From contig OZ024741.1 of NCBI GenBank assembly GCA_964016885.1, forward strand, positions 257,734,001-257,798,000: a stretch of 64,000 bases of DNA, given 5' to 3'. Position 1 is the stretch's first letter; each line of letters begins with the position of its first letter. The notes beneath the pieces were generated by a model. That model saw only the letters and a list, made by a program, of their open reading frames with translations, was not told the DNA's origin and did not search any database. This DNA is from Eledone cirrhosa (lineage: Eukaryota). Shown here piece after piece: positions 1 through 12,079 of the stretch. The translations under genes were made by a program, and so were the position numbers.

Positions 1-1000
1 TAAAGAGATCTGAAGGTGGAAGAGGTATTATCAGCATAGAGGACTGTGTTCAGATGGAAAAAAAACAACCTGCACAAATATGTGACTGACAGTAGGGAGC
101 CAATGCTCAAAATTGTACTGAAGGAGAAGACAATAGACCAGGGGATGTCCAAGGAGGAAATAACAACAAGGAGGAAGAGCAACCTTCATGAAAAATCCCT
201 TCATAGTACCTTCTTTGAGAACTGGTTAAAAAGAGACATTAAAAAAGCTACAGAAGGAATGCTAATGGCTGCGCAAGAGCAGGCCCTCAGAACAAAGTGG
301 GTGAAGCACCATATTGACAAGGAGGAGGCTAGCCCACTGTGCAGGATCTGTGGAGAGAGAGAGGAGACTGTGGCTCACATTGTATCTGAGTGTAAACACC
401 TCGCCCAGACTCACTATAAAGGCTGGAAACATGATGTGATGAGCAGAGTGATCCACTGGCACCTATGCAAAGTAAACAATTTACCACATTCTGAGAAGTG
501 GTATGAGCATAAGCCAGAGTTAGTGATAGAAAACGATCCGGTGAAGATGCTGTGGGATTTTAGGATACAGACGGACAAGAAACTGGAACACAATAGACCT
601 GATCTGGTGGTTTTGGACAAGGAAAAAAGATCGTGCCTGATTGTGGATGTAGCCTGCCCATTCGACACGAGAGTGCAAGAGAAGGAGATGGAGAAAATTA
701 ACCGATACCAGAACTTAAAGTGGGAGGTAAAAAGGATTTGGAACTGTCATGAAGTCAAAGTGGTCCCGATTGTCATAGGCGCACTAGGTACTATCTCAAA
801 GAGTTTCCCAGGATAGCTAAAGAAAATTGGTCCCGCTCCGCTTTTTGGAACACTTCAAAAGGCATGCTTGCTGGGAACAGAAAGAACCCTCCGATACGTC
901 CTGAATCTGAGGCTGCAGGTATGGCTTGATATTCATTTCAACAAACTTTCCAGTTAAATAACATCAATGACTGAGACTCAAAGAACAATAATAATAATAA
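1..1000 (+). mobile_element. 3' part of an R4/Dong-like non-LTR retrotransposon (CCHC + restriction-like endonuclease) with (AAT)n tail
   Basis: ORF 46-816 has AQEQAL, the zinc knuckle CRICGEREETVAHIVSEC, KHD, the RPD..D nuclease motif RPDLVVLDKEKRSCLIVDVACP and VPIVIGALG. A stop near 814 interrupts the C-terminus. (AAT)n at ~987-1000. Confidence 0.88.
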
Positions 1001-1051
1001 TTGTTTCTACTATTGGCACAGGGCCAGCAATTACCCAGTACATTACTGGTA
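1001..1051 (-). mobile_element. 3' fragment of tRNA-derived SINE
   Basis: ttgtttctac..ggcacagggccagcaattacccagtacattactggta is the reverse complement of the tail of the SINE at 29778-29958. Confidence 0.8.
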
Positions 1052-1081
1052 AATAATAATAATATATGGGAGTTTAAGACC

Positions 1082-1145
1082 CGTTTCGACAGCTAGATCC
1101 GAATGGATCTAGCTGTCGAAACGACCGGAATTCAGCCGTGGGGTC
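1082..1145. repeat. Perfect hairpin made of two hammerhead 3'-half-like Penelope terminal fragments
   Basis: cgtttcgacagctagatcc-gaat-ggatctagctgtcgaaacg (19-bp arms), then ...cagccgtggggtc, resembling 5065-5101. Confidence 0.6.
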
Positions 1146-1156
1146 CTGAATTTTTC

Positions 1157-1157
<1 letters not shown>

Positions 1158-1239
<82 letters not shown>

Positions 1240-1243
1240 TGTG

Positions 1244-1301
<58 letters not shown>

Positions 1302-1354
1302 CTTGTGTGTGCGTGCGTGCTTGTGTGTGCGTGCGTGCGTGTGTGTGAGTGTGT
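1158..1354. repeat. (AT)n/(AG)n/(GT)n compound microsatellite
   Basis: Read directly. Confidence 0.95.
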
Positions 1355-1707
1355 AAATAGAGAAAGAGAAATTAATGGAATACACCAGCTACGACATAGA
1401 CCCAGAGAAAACGTAAATATATAGCGAGAGAAATTAAACAGAAATAAAGAAAAATATGAAATACAAACATACAACTTGTAAATATCTGCTCAACCGAAGA
1501 TATCATTAATATGCCAAAGTAGAAAATCATTTCAGTTCCAACAGCCATCTTGTTAGATGTTCTAACTCCAAAAGTTTAACAGGATCTGACAATGTAAGAT
1601 AAAAGTATATTTTCAACAAACACATCCGGGAAAATAGCTTTCTTTTTCTATGATATTCACCAATGTTGTGTTGTAAGACTATAATTGTAATACAGATAAG
1701 TACTCAA

Positions 1708-2240
1708 GTATGTATGTATGTATGTATGTATGTATGTATGTATGTATGTATGTATGTATGTATGTATGTATGTATGTATGTATATGTATATATATGTTAT
1801 GTCTAGTCACTCTTGAGTGCTACTGGTAACATGTAACCCAGTACAACCTGTTGCATGGTCGGGTCGTCGGCGACTAAACCGGCAACCCCTCCAAGTTTAC
1901 TTGGTGAGGAGAGTGATTTTGGACACCCTGCAGGACAAAAAACAAAACCTGACAAAGGGTGGAAGAACTCATAAGAGTCAACGGCCATCCGAAAGTGTGT
2001 AAATATGTATATAAACATGTACCGCGTGGTTAAACCACTGGGAGTGAAGGACTCCTAGCCTTTGTCAGGGCATTCTTCTAGGAGAAGGCAACTCAGGAAA
2101 CTGGGATATAAAACCTACGGCTCAGTAGTTACCGATGATGTTGATCTTTTCTTCTTTTCGGGTTATAGTTACTGTCGCTTAGAGAGTGGGATTGGCTCAG
2201 TGCACTTTCTTTCCTCACTTTATAAAATATCTTCACGCAC
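1708..2240 (+). mobile_element. Non-coding dispersed repeat abutting (TATG)n; homologues at 12775-13311 (-) and ~14290-14812 (-)
   Basis: Shared motifs ggtcgtyggcgactaaacyggcaacccc, ggacayccgcaggac-like stretch and ctaggagaaggmaactc; all three copies adjoin (TATG/ACAT)n at the same end. Confidence 0.7.
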
Positions 2241-3000
2241 AAGCATCGCACGATAGAATTAATTAATAGTTATTAATAATGGTATATCGTGCAATGGCCA
2301 TACTCGATAACGAGGGAGCATCCATCATATATGTATGTATGTGTGTATGTATCCATGCATGTGTGTATGTATCAAAGTAAATTGAACTATTCATATGTAC
2401 ATGCGCATATATATCCTCCTCATCATCATCATCGTCCTCAACATGATCATCATCGTGTTCATCATTACCATCATCAAAGTGGACGTTCTTCGATGATGAT
2501 GATGAAGATGATGATGATGATGATGATGATGATAGCGTCCGCGGCCCATATTGAATTTAAACTTTGGAGTCGAGATCGAAAGTACCAAACCAATGCTGGT
2601 GCAGCCCTCCAACCTTGCTTTACACCTGTTACACTGGAGATGTTTTTGAAAGGAAATTGACCCTGAAATGCGAATACAAATGGAATAAAACAAGTTTCGC
2701 GTAAATCGGAGGACGGGTTCCCGTGATATGGGGTTTTTCCGGGTACCTTCATAAACAGAGAGAGAAGGATAGAGAGAAAGAGATAGTGGTTGTGAGAGAG
2801 TAGATTGAAAGAGAGACATAGAGAGAGCGAGAGGAGACAGCAAAGCAGAATGGAAGAGAGAGAAAGTGAGCTGCTGGTGTTGTTGTGTATATATATATAT
2901 ATAAGTGAGTGTGTATATATATGTGTGTGTGTCTATGACCAGTGCATATAGATCACAGAGACCCATATATATATATATACACACATACATATATATATAT

Positions 3001-3070
3001 AGGAGAAAGTATGACCCCGACGGCAGAGCTCAAGCTGTTTCGACGGCTATTTCTGGACTAAATTAAGAGT
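3001..3070 (-). mobile_element. Penelope terminal-repeat fragment carrying a hammerhead 3' half
   Basis: Minus strand reads tagccgtcGAAAcagcttgagctctgccgTCggggtc; homologous to 4163-4220. Confidence 0.7.
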
Positions 3071-3106
3071 TTTTATATATATATACACACACATTCATAT
3101 ATATTC

Positions 3107-3192
<86 letters not shown>

Positions 3193-3248
3193 GACGTAAA
3201 ATAAGAACATTTTAAAAATTAAAAATTAACTTACTTACTAAAATTTTC

Positions 3249-3330
3249 ACTCCAACTAATTACTTTCTGTAAGGGAATAAATATAGTTATGTAATGTAAC
3301 TATAGAGAAGTCCTGACGTCATCAGGGAGT
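3249..3330 (-). ncRNA. Type I hammerhead ribozyme, copy 1 (stem III mismatch)
   Basis: Minus strand: actcc CTGATGA [stem II with inner tatagtta/taactata] GAAA gtaattag TT ggagt. Confidence 0.75.
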
Positions 3331-3784
3331 CTATTCTCAGCTAAGTTCCCAGGCAATGCGCGGACACTAGGAACCCATATAAAAATAATTCAGTGGATGG
3401 AATAAAGCTAGCGGGGACTAAATTCCAGGGCACTGAAAAGATTCACTGCCTACTTGGTCAGTGGCAAATTCTAAAGAATTAATCACGTGACACTGAGGTT
3501 AATCAGTGAGGAGTGGAGTTGTATTATGACAAGAGCCTAACTACTACCATGAACCATAGCAGTAAATTTTGGCAAGTTTCGCTCAACAAATAATTTGGAG
3601 ATAAATATAGAGAATTAGTATATCTACCAACATATGTATACAAATGTATACCCATGCTAGCAAATATATATGTTATGTCTTAGTACCTTTGTGGTTCTAT
3701 GCAGGGGGATGCAGAACAATTATATGAAAGACGTAAAATAAGAAAATTTTAAAAATTAAAAATTAACTTACTTACTGAAATTTC

Positions 3785-3866
3785 ACTTCAACTAATTAGT
3801 TTCTGTAAGGGAATAAATATAGTTACGTAATGTAACTATAGAGAAGTCCTTACGTCATCAGGGAGT
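3785..3866 (-). ncRNA. Type I hammerhead ribozyme, copy 2 (stem I mismatch)
   Basis: Minus strand: actcc CTGATGA c-gtaagg..tatagttac/gtaactata..ccttac-a GAAA ctaattag TT gaagt; stem III is palindromic. Confidence 0.8.
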
Positions 3867-4175
3867 CTATTCTCAGCTAAGTTCCCAGGCAATGCGCGGA
3901 CACTAAGAACCCATATAAAAATAATTCAGTGGATGGAATAAAGCTAGCGAGGACTAAATTGGAGTGAAAATTTTAGTAAGTTAATTTTTAAGTTTTAAAA
4001 TTTTCTTATTTTACGTCTTTCATATAATTGTTCTGCATCCCCCTGCATAGAACCACAAAGGTAGTAAAACATAACATATATATTTGCTAGCATGAGTTTA
4101 CATCTGTATACATATGTTGGTAGATATACTAATTCTCTCTCTCTCTCTATATATATATATATAGGAACAAGTAAG

Positions 4176-4269
4176 ACCCCGACGGCTGAGCTCAAGCCGT
4201 TTCGACGGCTAATTCTGTACTGAATGAAAATGTATTCTGGTATTTAAATAGCCGAACTTATCAAGGGGT
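4176..4269 (-). ncRNA. Type I hammerhead ribozyme with U3-A8 variant core
   Basis: Minus strand: acccc TTGATAA gttcggcta...tagccgtc GAAA cggct-tgagctc-agccg TC ggggt. Confidence 0.78.
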
Positions 4270-4650
4270 AATTCCATATATGGTCAAAGAGATAATCACC
4301 AGGATTGGTCACATCACAAGTTAGTAGTAAATCTGTGATGGCAAGTTGTGGGTGAAGGGGTAGCTAAACCTGCCGGTAGGAGAAAAAGGGAGATGGGGTG
4401 GAGTAGACCCATTCATGCGTTGGTAGTGCCAGCTACAGCTGGGTGTGAGGTCAAAGAGGATACTGGGGAGGGGGAGGAGGTCGAAACAGTAAGTAGAACA
4501 ATGAAAGGTAAAACTATAAAAGGTACTGAGAGAGAAAAAAAGCAAAATCTGGATACTAAGACATAAGTCTCTCGCTATTGCTAGGCTAAAGAAATACATA
4601 AATAAATAAATAAACAAATAAGTGAATAAAAGAATAGATAAATAAATTTA

Positions 4651-4681
<31 letters not shown>

Positions 4682-5006
4682 TAATAGCGAGACACTTGTC
4701 TTAGTAACCAGATTTTTCTTTTTTTTTTCTTTTTTCTCTCTCAGTACCTTTTATAGTTTTACCTTTCATTGTTCTACTTACCGTTTCGACCTCCTCCCCT
4801 CCCGCTCCCCAGTATCCTCTTTGACCTCACACCCAGCTGTAGCTGGCACTACCAACGCATGAATGGGTCTACTCCACCCCCTCTCCCTTTTTCTCCTACC
4901 GGCAGGTTTAGCTAACCCTTCCCCCACCAACTTGCCATCACAGATTTACTACTAACTTGTGATGTGACCAATCCTGGTGATTATCTCTTTGACCATATAT
5001 GGAATT

Positions 5007-5100
5007 ACCCCTTGATAAGTTCGGCTATTTTAATACCAGAATAAATTTTCATTAAGTACAGAATTAGCCGTCGAAACGGCTTGAGCTCAGCCGTCGGGGT
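5007..5100 (+). ncRNA. Type I hammerhead ribozyme with U3-A8 variant core
   Basis: acccc(5007-11) TTGATAA(5012-18), stem II cggcta/tagccg, GAAA(5073-76), stem III cggct/agccg, GTC(5093-95), ggggt. Confidence 0.8.
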
Positions 5101-5192
5101 CTTACTTGTTCCTATTACCCACTCTACTACCCTAAGTATTGAGTACTTTGGTGCGTTATGGTCCACCAGGTTCCTTACCACATTTCCTTCGT

Positions 5193-5227
<35 letters not shown>

Positions 5228-5844
5228 ACACACACATATATATATATATATACATGCATATATATATATATATATATCAACTAGAAATTGATTGGAATAT
5301 AATTAAACATATGAAACAATCACAGGGGATAATTTGTAAAAGTGTGTAAGCACATATAGTTAGGTAGGTAACTAAATAATTAATTTAATTTAATTCAATT
5401 TATCTTAATTTTGGATATATATATATATATATATACACATATGCATATATATATATGTATACACACACACACATATATATATATACATACACACACGTAT
5501 ATATTTTGGTCTTCCAGTTTCATTTCACATTATATACATGTCTGTGTATATTTTTATTATTTAAAAATTATTTTTAAGTGAACATGATTTTTTTTTAAAT
5601 ATTTTGAAGTGAACATGACCAGATAGGTTACGGGTGGTCTAGTTTCTTCTAATATTTCTCTTTCTATCTTTCGACTAGCGTACGAAACTTTATGATTCTT
5701 GTCCTTCTATATCAAATATTAAACTAACATATATATCTTAATTGTACTGTATTGTTTTCTTCGTTATTTTCCGTTTACTTTTCACTAGCCAGGGTCGTGT
5801 ATGCAGTTCGTGTGTATGTGTAAGTATAGATAAATAAATAAATA

Positions 5845-5881
<37 letters not shown>

Positions 5882-5927
5882 ATATATGCGCGTGTGTGTG
5901 TATGTGTAAGTATAGATAAATAAATAA

Positions 5928-6015
<88 letters not shown>

Positions 6016-6214
6016 GTGTGTGTGTATGTATGTAAGCTATAAATTTAGTATAATGTACAACCAGTGATTCCAACTGTTAGCACTATCATATATTTGGGTT
6101 TCTATTAATTCCCTAGGGAATTGTTTGACCAAATGCTTTGCTTAATTGTTTTATTTATTTAAAAAAACATTTTTATTATTTCTCTAAATCTCCAGATATT
6201 TTTTGAATGCAAAG

Positions 6215-6284
6215 CACAGGCCCCTAAAATACTACAGTTGGAACCTGCAATGCTACCGTGGGCCCCCTGGCAACTCCGCCACTG
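6215..6284. mobile_element. Possible hAT (Tip100-like) terminus
   Basis: GC-rich island ending ...ggccccctggcaactccgccactg (reverse complement CAGTGGCGGAG...), with ggcccc subterminal motifs; partner TIR not found. Confidence 0.4.
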
Positions 6285-7257
6285 TATACAAGGTGTAGTT
6301 TCCACGAACATTCACTTTTTCTTGCTAAAGTACTCCACCCATATTTCAGTTTCGTGATGAAATACGATTACCTCTTCGAGATAGGAGTGTATTTTTCTAT
6401 AGATTTTTATGTCTAACAAAAATATATAGTTCCGACTATTCTACATATATCATTGGCCTAGATTTCCGCCAAAAAAGAGATCCGTTATATTTCATGTTAA
6501 GGATTAAGTGGAAGTTATAATTGGTCCAGTAAATCAACATTATTAGTCAACATGCACATACAGTCTCAAGTGCCTTAATTGTCTCTTGGTAAAGTACTTC
6601 ACACAATTTAATTTCCTGATACAATACGATAAACAACTTCACAATACTTCATTTCATGGGAGTGTCTTGTTCAATAACATTTCATGGCTAAATATATCAT
6701 ATAGTTCTGAGAATTTTACAGATTTCATTGGCCTAAGTTCAAGCCTAGAAAACATCTATTACTATTTTACGTTAATGTTAGTGAACCCGTTTTTTTTTTT
6801 ATTTGACACTTAACCAGTGTTGCTATTTCATTAACTGCATTATTAAAATAACAAATCTTACCTAGAGATCTTGTTTATGTCACTGCCTTTTCTAAGATAT
6901 ACACTTTACTGCCCTCGGGACATCTTTAATTATAGAATTTTTTTAAATAACTACGCAAGATTTAATGTCTGTTGATATTGGAAAGTAGTCTACAGTACAG
7001 CATCGAATTACACTTTAGATTGAATATATGATCATCAGGAAAAATGAAATGCAGTATCGGACCTGTTTGTTGAAAATATTTGCCCAACACTAGATCGATC
7101 AGTATTTCCAATCTTAAAATATATTGTTCCAGCCTTGTCATCAACATTGTTTTGTGTGACACAGCAAATACTTTCTTATCGTGACCGCTATCAGAAATGT
7201 TCTGAAATTGTGATATTACAATTTTCAATCTTTCTAAGATGTTTCCTCTTCCTGCAA

Positions 7258-7432
7258 TAATTGTTTCCACTTTTGGCACAAGGCCATCAAATACCCAGTA
7301 CATTACTGGTACTTTATTTTATCGACCCCGTAAAGATGAAAGGCAAAGTTAACCTCGGCGGGATTTGAACTCAGACCAAAAAAACTATGCTGGAAAGCAT
7401 GGCGTCCGACCCTCTACCGATACTGCCAATCC
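7258..7432 (-). mobile_element. tRNA-derived SINE
   Basis: Reverse complement of the 29778-29958 family; A-box-like TGGCAGTATCGG and B box GAGTTCAAATCC on the minus strand. Confidence 0.9.
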
Positions 7433-10400
7433 ACCGAACTCCTACAATAATATCGGTAGGTAAGTCCTCCGGCGACCTGTTCAGCGGAACTAGTCTGGAA
7501 ATTCCGGTCCAAATGACACCAGAACGAATAGCTAGGATCCCGGATCGTGTGCTGCTGGATGGGCTTATATACATAAACATTTCGGTCGAGGGTAGCCGGC
7601 CCTCATGTTACCACTGCCTAAGCAGGGGTCACCTGAGAGCTTCCTGTCCTCGACTAACTAGCCAAAAAAAGGCATTATTGCCAACACCTGCAACACCAGC
7701 ACAACAATCACCACCACAATAACAACAACAACACCATAAAAAAACAGTGACAACAAAATAAACGACAAACACAGTCCCACCCAACCCCTCCCCACCTAAA
7801 ACAACTCCAGAAACACCCACACACATAACAGTTCCCCAAAATGTACCCCTCCCCAACAACACGGATGGGGCCTCATCATCGTCACCCAGTGACGATGAGG
7901 GAGAGCCTTTCCGACCAGTAAAAAGAAAAAAGAAAAGACATAACACAAACAAAAATGCAACACACAGACACCAACACAAGCGACGCAAACAGCACAAACA
8001 AAAACACCCCCTCCTGAAAACAAAATACCTACTACAAAACGTAAACACACACAAAAACACAGACAAAAATCAACATAACACAACAAAAATGTTACACCTA
8101 CATAAATACTAACAATAAATCTTTAACAGACACCATATATAAAAACCTTTCGGTGGAGACCGAAGGGAAAACTTTTACACACTCTTCGGAGAATATTATT
8201 CTTAAAATGATTAGGATCTCCATGGAAACACATAACAGTTAAAAGAAAAATTTCCCCTGCGTCAAACCCTATAACCAGGTCCCCACCCCCACCCCAGACA
8301 CCCCCTCTCCACCAAACATCTCCGTACCCACCCCGCCACAGACCACCACTCCACCAAACAACCCCTCCAACACCCCCATGGAAATTGTGCAGCCTGGTCC
8401 CCAGGAGACGAAGAGATGAGTGGTTTATTTTCCTCTTCTTTTAACTTTTCAGCACCAATATGGCCAATATAAGAGTTGGATGTGTGAATGTACGCGGCCT
8501 GGGAATGCCCTGGAAACAGGGTAAACTCTTAAACGATCTCAGGTCGCACAGTATGGATGTAGTAGCCATTTGTGAGTCCAGCATCCACAGCGAGCGACAA
8601 CTGGCCCCCATCTTCGACGACTTTGAGATCTACGCATCTCTCTGTCAGTCGGGAAGTGGGGGTGGGGTTGCCGTTTTGCTGCGGAAACACCTGGACCTCG
8701 TAACACAGACGGGAGGGTCGATTTGTGGTCCTAGACGTTGACGGTAGTGAAGGTGGAGCCTTCAGGCTGGTCGCCCCATATGCCCCATCCGGGACAACGC
8801 GGCCAGACCTTCTTCAAACGTCTAAAGACTTTTCTGGGAACGTCCCGCTCCCTGCTGTTAGTGGGGACTGGAATGGAACGCTAGATGCACGTTGAGACTA
8901 TGTGGGAGCATGTCCGGATAGAGGGGGTGTAACAGCCTCAAACAGTTAATCTGCCGATTTCAACTGACCGAGAGATATCGACTAGATTTTCCAATTGTGC
9001 TACTGTGGACGTGGACCAACCACTGCGGAACATCTAGATCGTACCTGGATAGGTTTCTAGTTAGAGTTAGCGATAGGGACATGTTAAGCAGTCCACAAAT
9101 GTTCATGGCTGCCTATTCAGATCACAAACTAGTGACCTGCTTAGTCAACCTTGACAGAACCCATAGACAGGGACCCGGCTACTGCAAGCTGAACTTGTCG
9201 TTACCGACATGCAAAGCTTACAGTAGACGGATTAGCATTTTAGTTAAGCAGCACTTGACGGGGGCCATTGTGAACAACAGATGGTGGTACTCTCTCAAGA
9301 GGGCAGTTAGATTAGACTCGATAGGTTTTAGTAAAGAATTAGTGTTAGATAGAAATAAGACCGAAAATGAACTGGTAGATAAAGTAGAAGGGGCACTTAG
9401 GAGTGGCAACGTAGCCAGCGTGCTAGCGACGAGAACGGCCTTGGACCAGTTCTTCGACGCAAAGCACCAAGGCTGCGTTGTCAGGAGTAAAATACGTGCA
9501 CTGTGAAACGAGGGAGCCAAAGCTGTTAGCTGGGCCCGAGTGACGGAGGCGAAAAGTGGCAACAAGTCCACGATTCGGTTTTGAAGGGCCAAGACGGACG
9601 CGTGAACGTGAGCCGAAGCAGATGTGCGCGGCCTTTCAGCGGCATTTTGCTCAACTGTTCGGGCAAGGCGGCGCGCCGGGAGGGGCTATGGATTCCAGTC
9701 CATACCTCGACGGCCTGCCGCGACTCTCGGACGGCGAGGCGAAGTTCTGCGAAAGCCGATTTCGGCCGCTGAGATAGGGGACGCGCTGAGCCAATGCGGC
9801 AAACGCAAATCTCCAGGTCTCAACGGTCCACCCTACGAATTTTACGTAGCAATGCCGGACTTGTTCTCCGGTTTCCTGGAAGCGGTCTACTGCAACTGGC
9901 AGCAGAACGGGATAATTCCCAGTTCTGTGACCAAGGGCGTAGTCACGTTAGTCAGGAAGGACGGGAATAAGGGGGTTGACATAGGCAACTTACGGCCCAT
10001 AACTCTGCTAAACACAGAGTTACAGATTTTGGCCAAGGTGTTGGCAAAGAGGCTGGCGCTTGTCGTCAAAAACCTGGTGGTAGAAGCGCAGACATGCGCA
10101 ATCCCGACCAGGTCCATACACGACAACCTCCACCTCATGCGATACACCATAGAGAGGGTAGGGTATAAACACGGCTTCGGTGGGGCCCTGATCAACTTGG
10201 ATCAGTCTAAGGCTTTCGATAGGGTTGACATTCGTTACCTGGATGCGGTGCTCGAGGCGGCAGGCTTCGGATCCGTGTTCAAGGGCTGGATTGCTGCCAC
10301 GCACAGCAGCAACATCTGCTCAAGGGTCAAGGTGAACGGCTACCTCTCGGAGCCGTTCCATATCACGCGATCCATCCGACAGGGATGCCCTCTCTCTGTA

Positions 10401-10475
10401 CGTACTGACTCTCGAGCCACTACTGCGGAAGTTGGAGCTATTGCAGGGCATCCCTTTGGAACCGGGACTGCGAAA
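7433..10475 (+). mobile_element. Decayed Tx1/L1-group LINE: ORF1 zinc knuckle, ORF2 APE endonuclease + RT, 3'-truncated
   Basis: ORF1 has CYHCLSRGHLRASC. ORF2 starts MANIRVGCVNVRGL (8460) and has SYLDRF and SDH. RT motifs are KSPGLNG..YEFY, RPITLLN, LDQSKAFDRVD and IRQGCPLS. Several frameshifts and stops. Confidence 0.9.
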
Positions 10476-10544
10476 AGGTACATGTGTATATACATATTTA
10501 CTCACTTTCGGATTGCCACATAGATACATACATACATAATACAT

Positions 10545-11900
10545 AATACATACTTGATGGATGATCTGAAACTCTATGCCAAACACATAGATGGGATGAA
10601 GAAAAATTTTGACCTGGTTACAACATTCTCAAAGGATATCGGAATGGAGTTTGGCCAAGATAAATGTTCATATATGACTTTACAGCGGGGAAAAAACAAC
10701 AACCCAATTTAGCAATATTGTCATCAATGGCCTAACTGTTTCACCAACGTTTGGAATACTCAATTGGACGATAGACGAAATCCGAGCGATTGATGTTAGA
10801 ACTCGAAAAATACTAAACAACACAGGAAACTTCCACATCAACAGTGACATGGACCGCCTTTACTTGAAACGTAAGCAGGAAGGCAGAGGTCTAACATCAG
10901 TCCAGACAGCATTTGAATGTCGCATCATATCTCTCCGACAACATCTATGAACCTCGAAGCGTTGGAGCCCGTCTATTGAGCAAGTCTATCTACATGAGAC
11001 ATATAAGATCATGAGAGTTGGGAAGGAACTCCTTGAACGGTATTCCCTGTGTGATAATCAAACACTCACACACAGGGAAGTTGCTCAGCAGTACTGCAGT
11101 GAATCCATGGATAAAAAAACTGCATGCTTATCAGCAAAAATCCATGCATAGATATGTTGCCAGGAAGCTCTAGAGTGAGAGCAATATAGATAAACAAAAT
11201 AGTCTATCTTGGACCAACAACCGCTATATTGGCTCCCACTTTGAACGATACGCTTTAGCAATCCAAGAACAGGAAATCAACACGAAATACCTGATTCACA
11301 AAATAGATAGGGGTGTAGGAAAAACACCTAGATGTGACAAGTGCAGACTCTGCAGAATTAACATCGAAGATGTCACCCATGTCATAAGCAGCTCTCCAAA
11401 GATGTCATCGCGGTACTATCTACCTATGAGCCATGATGCAGTGGCCAAAACATTGTACAATGCAATCCGTAGAAAGGATAGCCCGATAATAAAGCTACAG
11501 CAATGTAGGAGACTACATATACATAATATGAAAGCGTACTGGTAGAATGTTCCAGTAAAAACCCCAATAAAATGCAGGTACCCCAGACCAGATATTATGA
11601 TATGGGACAGGGAAAAGAAGGCATGTACAGTAGTGGAAGTTAGCTGCCCAGCAGATGCCAGTATAATATCAAAGATATTCTCCTTTTCGAAAGGAGAATA
11701 TTTATGCAGATCTAATAAGAAATCTGCAGATACTCCACCCTGACTATACCTTCAGATTTATGCCTGTGATTATTGATGCACTTAGTAATTGCCTCAATAT
11801 AAATCTTGGGAAGCTGGGCTTCACAGGAAGAGAAAGAACGCAAGTTAGGAAACAGTAAAAATATGTAAAAGATTCCAAACATCTTGCATCCAATAACTGC
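10545..11900 (+). mobile_element. Decayed 5'-truncated R4/Dong-like LINE following (CATA)n
   Basis: MDDLKLYAK at ~10557, DRLYLKRKQEGRGL, AIQEQEI, CRLCRINIEDVTHVISS, RPDIMIWD..VVEVSCP; multiple stops. Confidence 0.85.
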
Positions 11901-12079
11901 ATATACATATGTACAGATACAAAGTGTATACACATGCACACATACAACTCAAAACATACACATCCATACATACAATAACATCCATCCCTGCACACACCTG
12001 CATACATATCTACCTAATTGATGTTGTGTAAATTCTAATGAGAGAATCTTGTAACTATGTTAGAAACCGACTCATACAA

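Larger units (their letters stand above)
3186..4137 (-). mobile_element. Non-autonomous hammerhead-bearing element: ~1.4 tandem units of 536 bp plus an inverted terminal copy
   Basis: 3186-3422 is repeated at 3722-3958; 3959-4137 is the reverse complement of ~3610-3790; flanked by (AT)n. Confidence 0.8.
4163..5193. mobile_element. Inverted pair of Penelope-like pseudo-LTRs (arms ~4163-4579 and ~4683-5112) plus an ~80-bp tail
   Basis: The arms are near-identical reverse complements; the outer ends are homologous to the terminus (22692-22740) of the GIY-YIG element; inserted in (AT)n. Confidence 0.8.

Noticed and set aside
6290-7255. Minus-strand ORF remnants (6962-7303), possibly DNA transposase
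   Set aside because: No diagnostic motif was recognised, and the ORF start lies inside a SINE.
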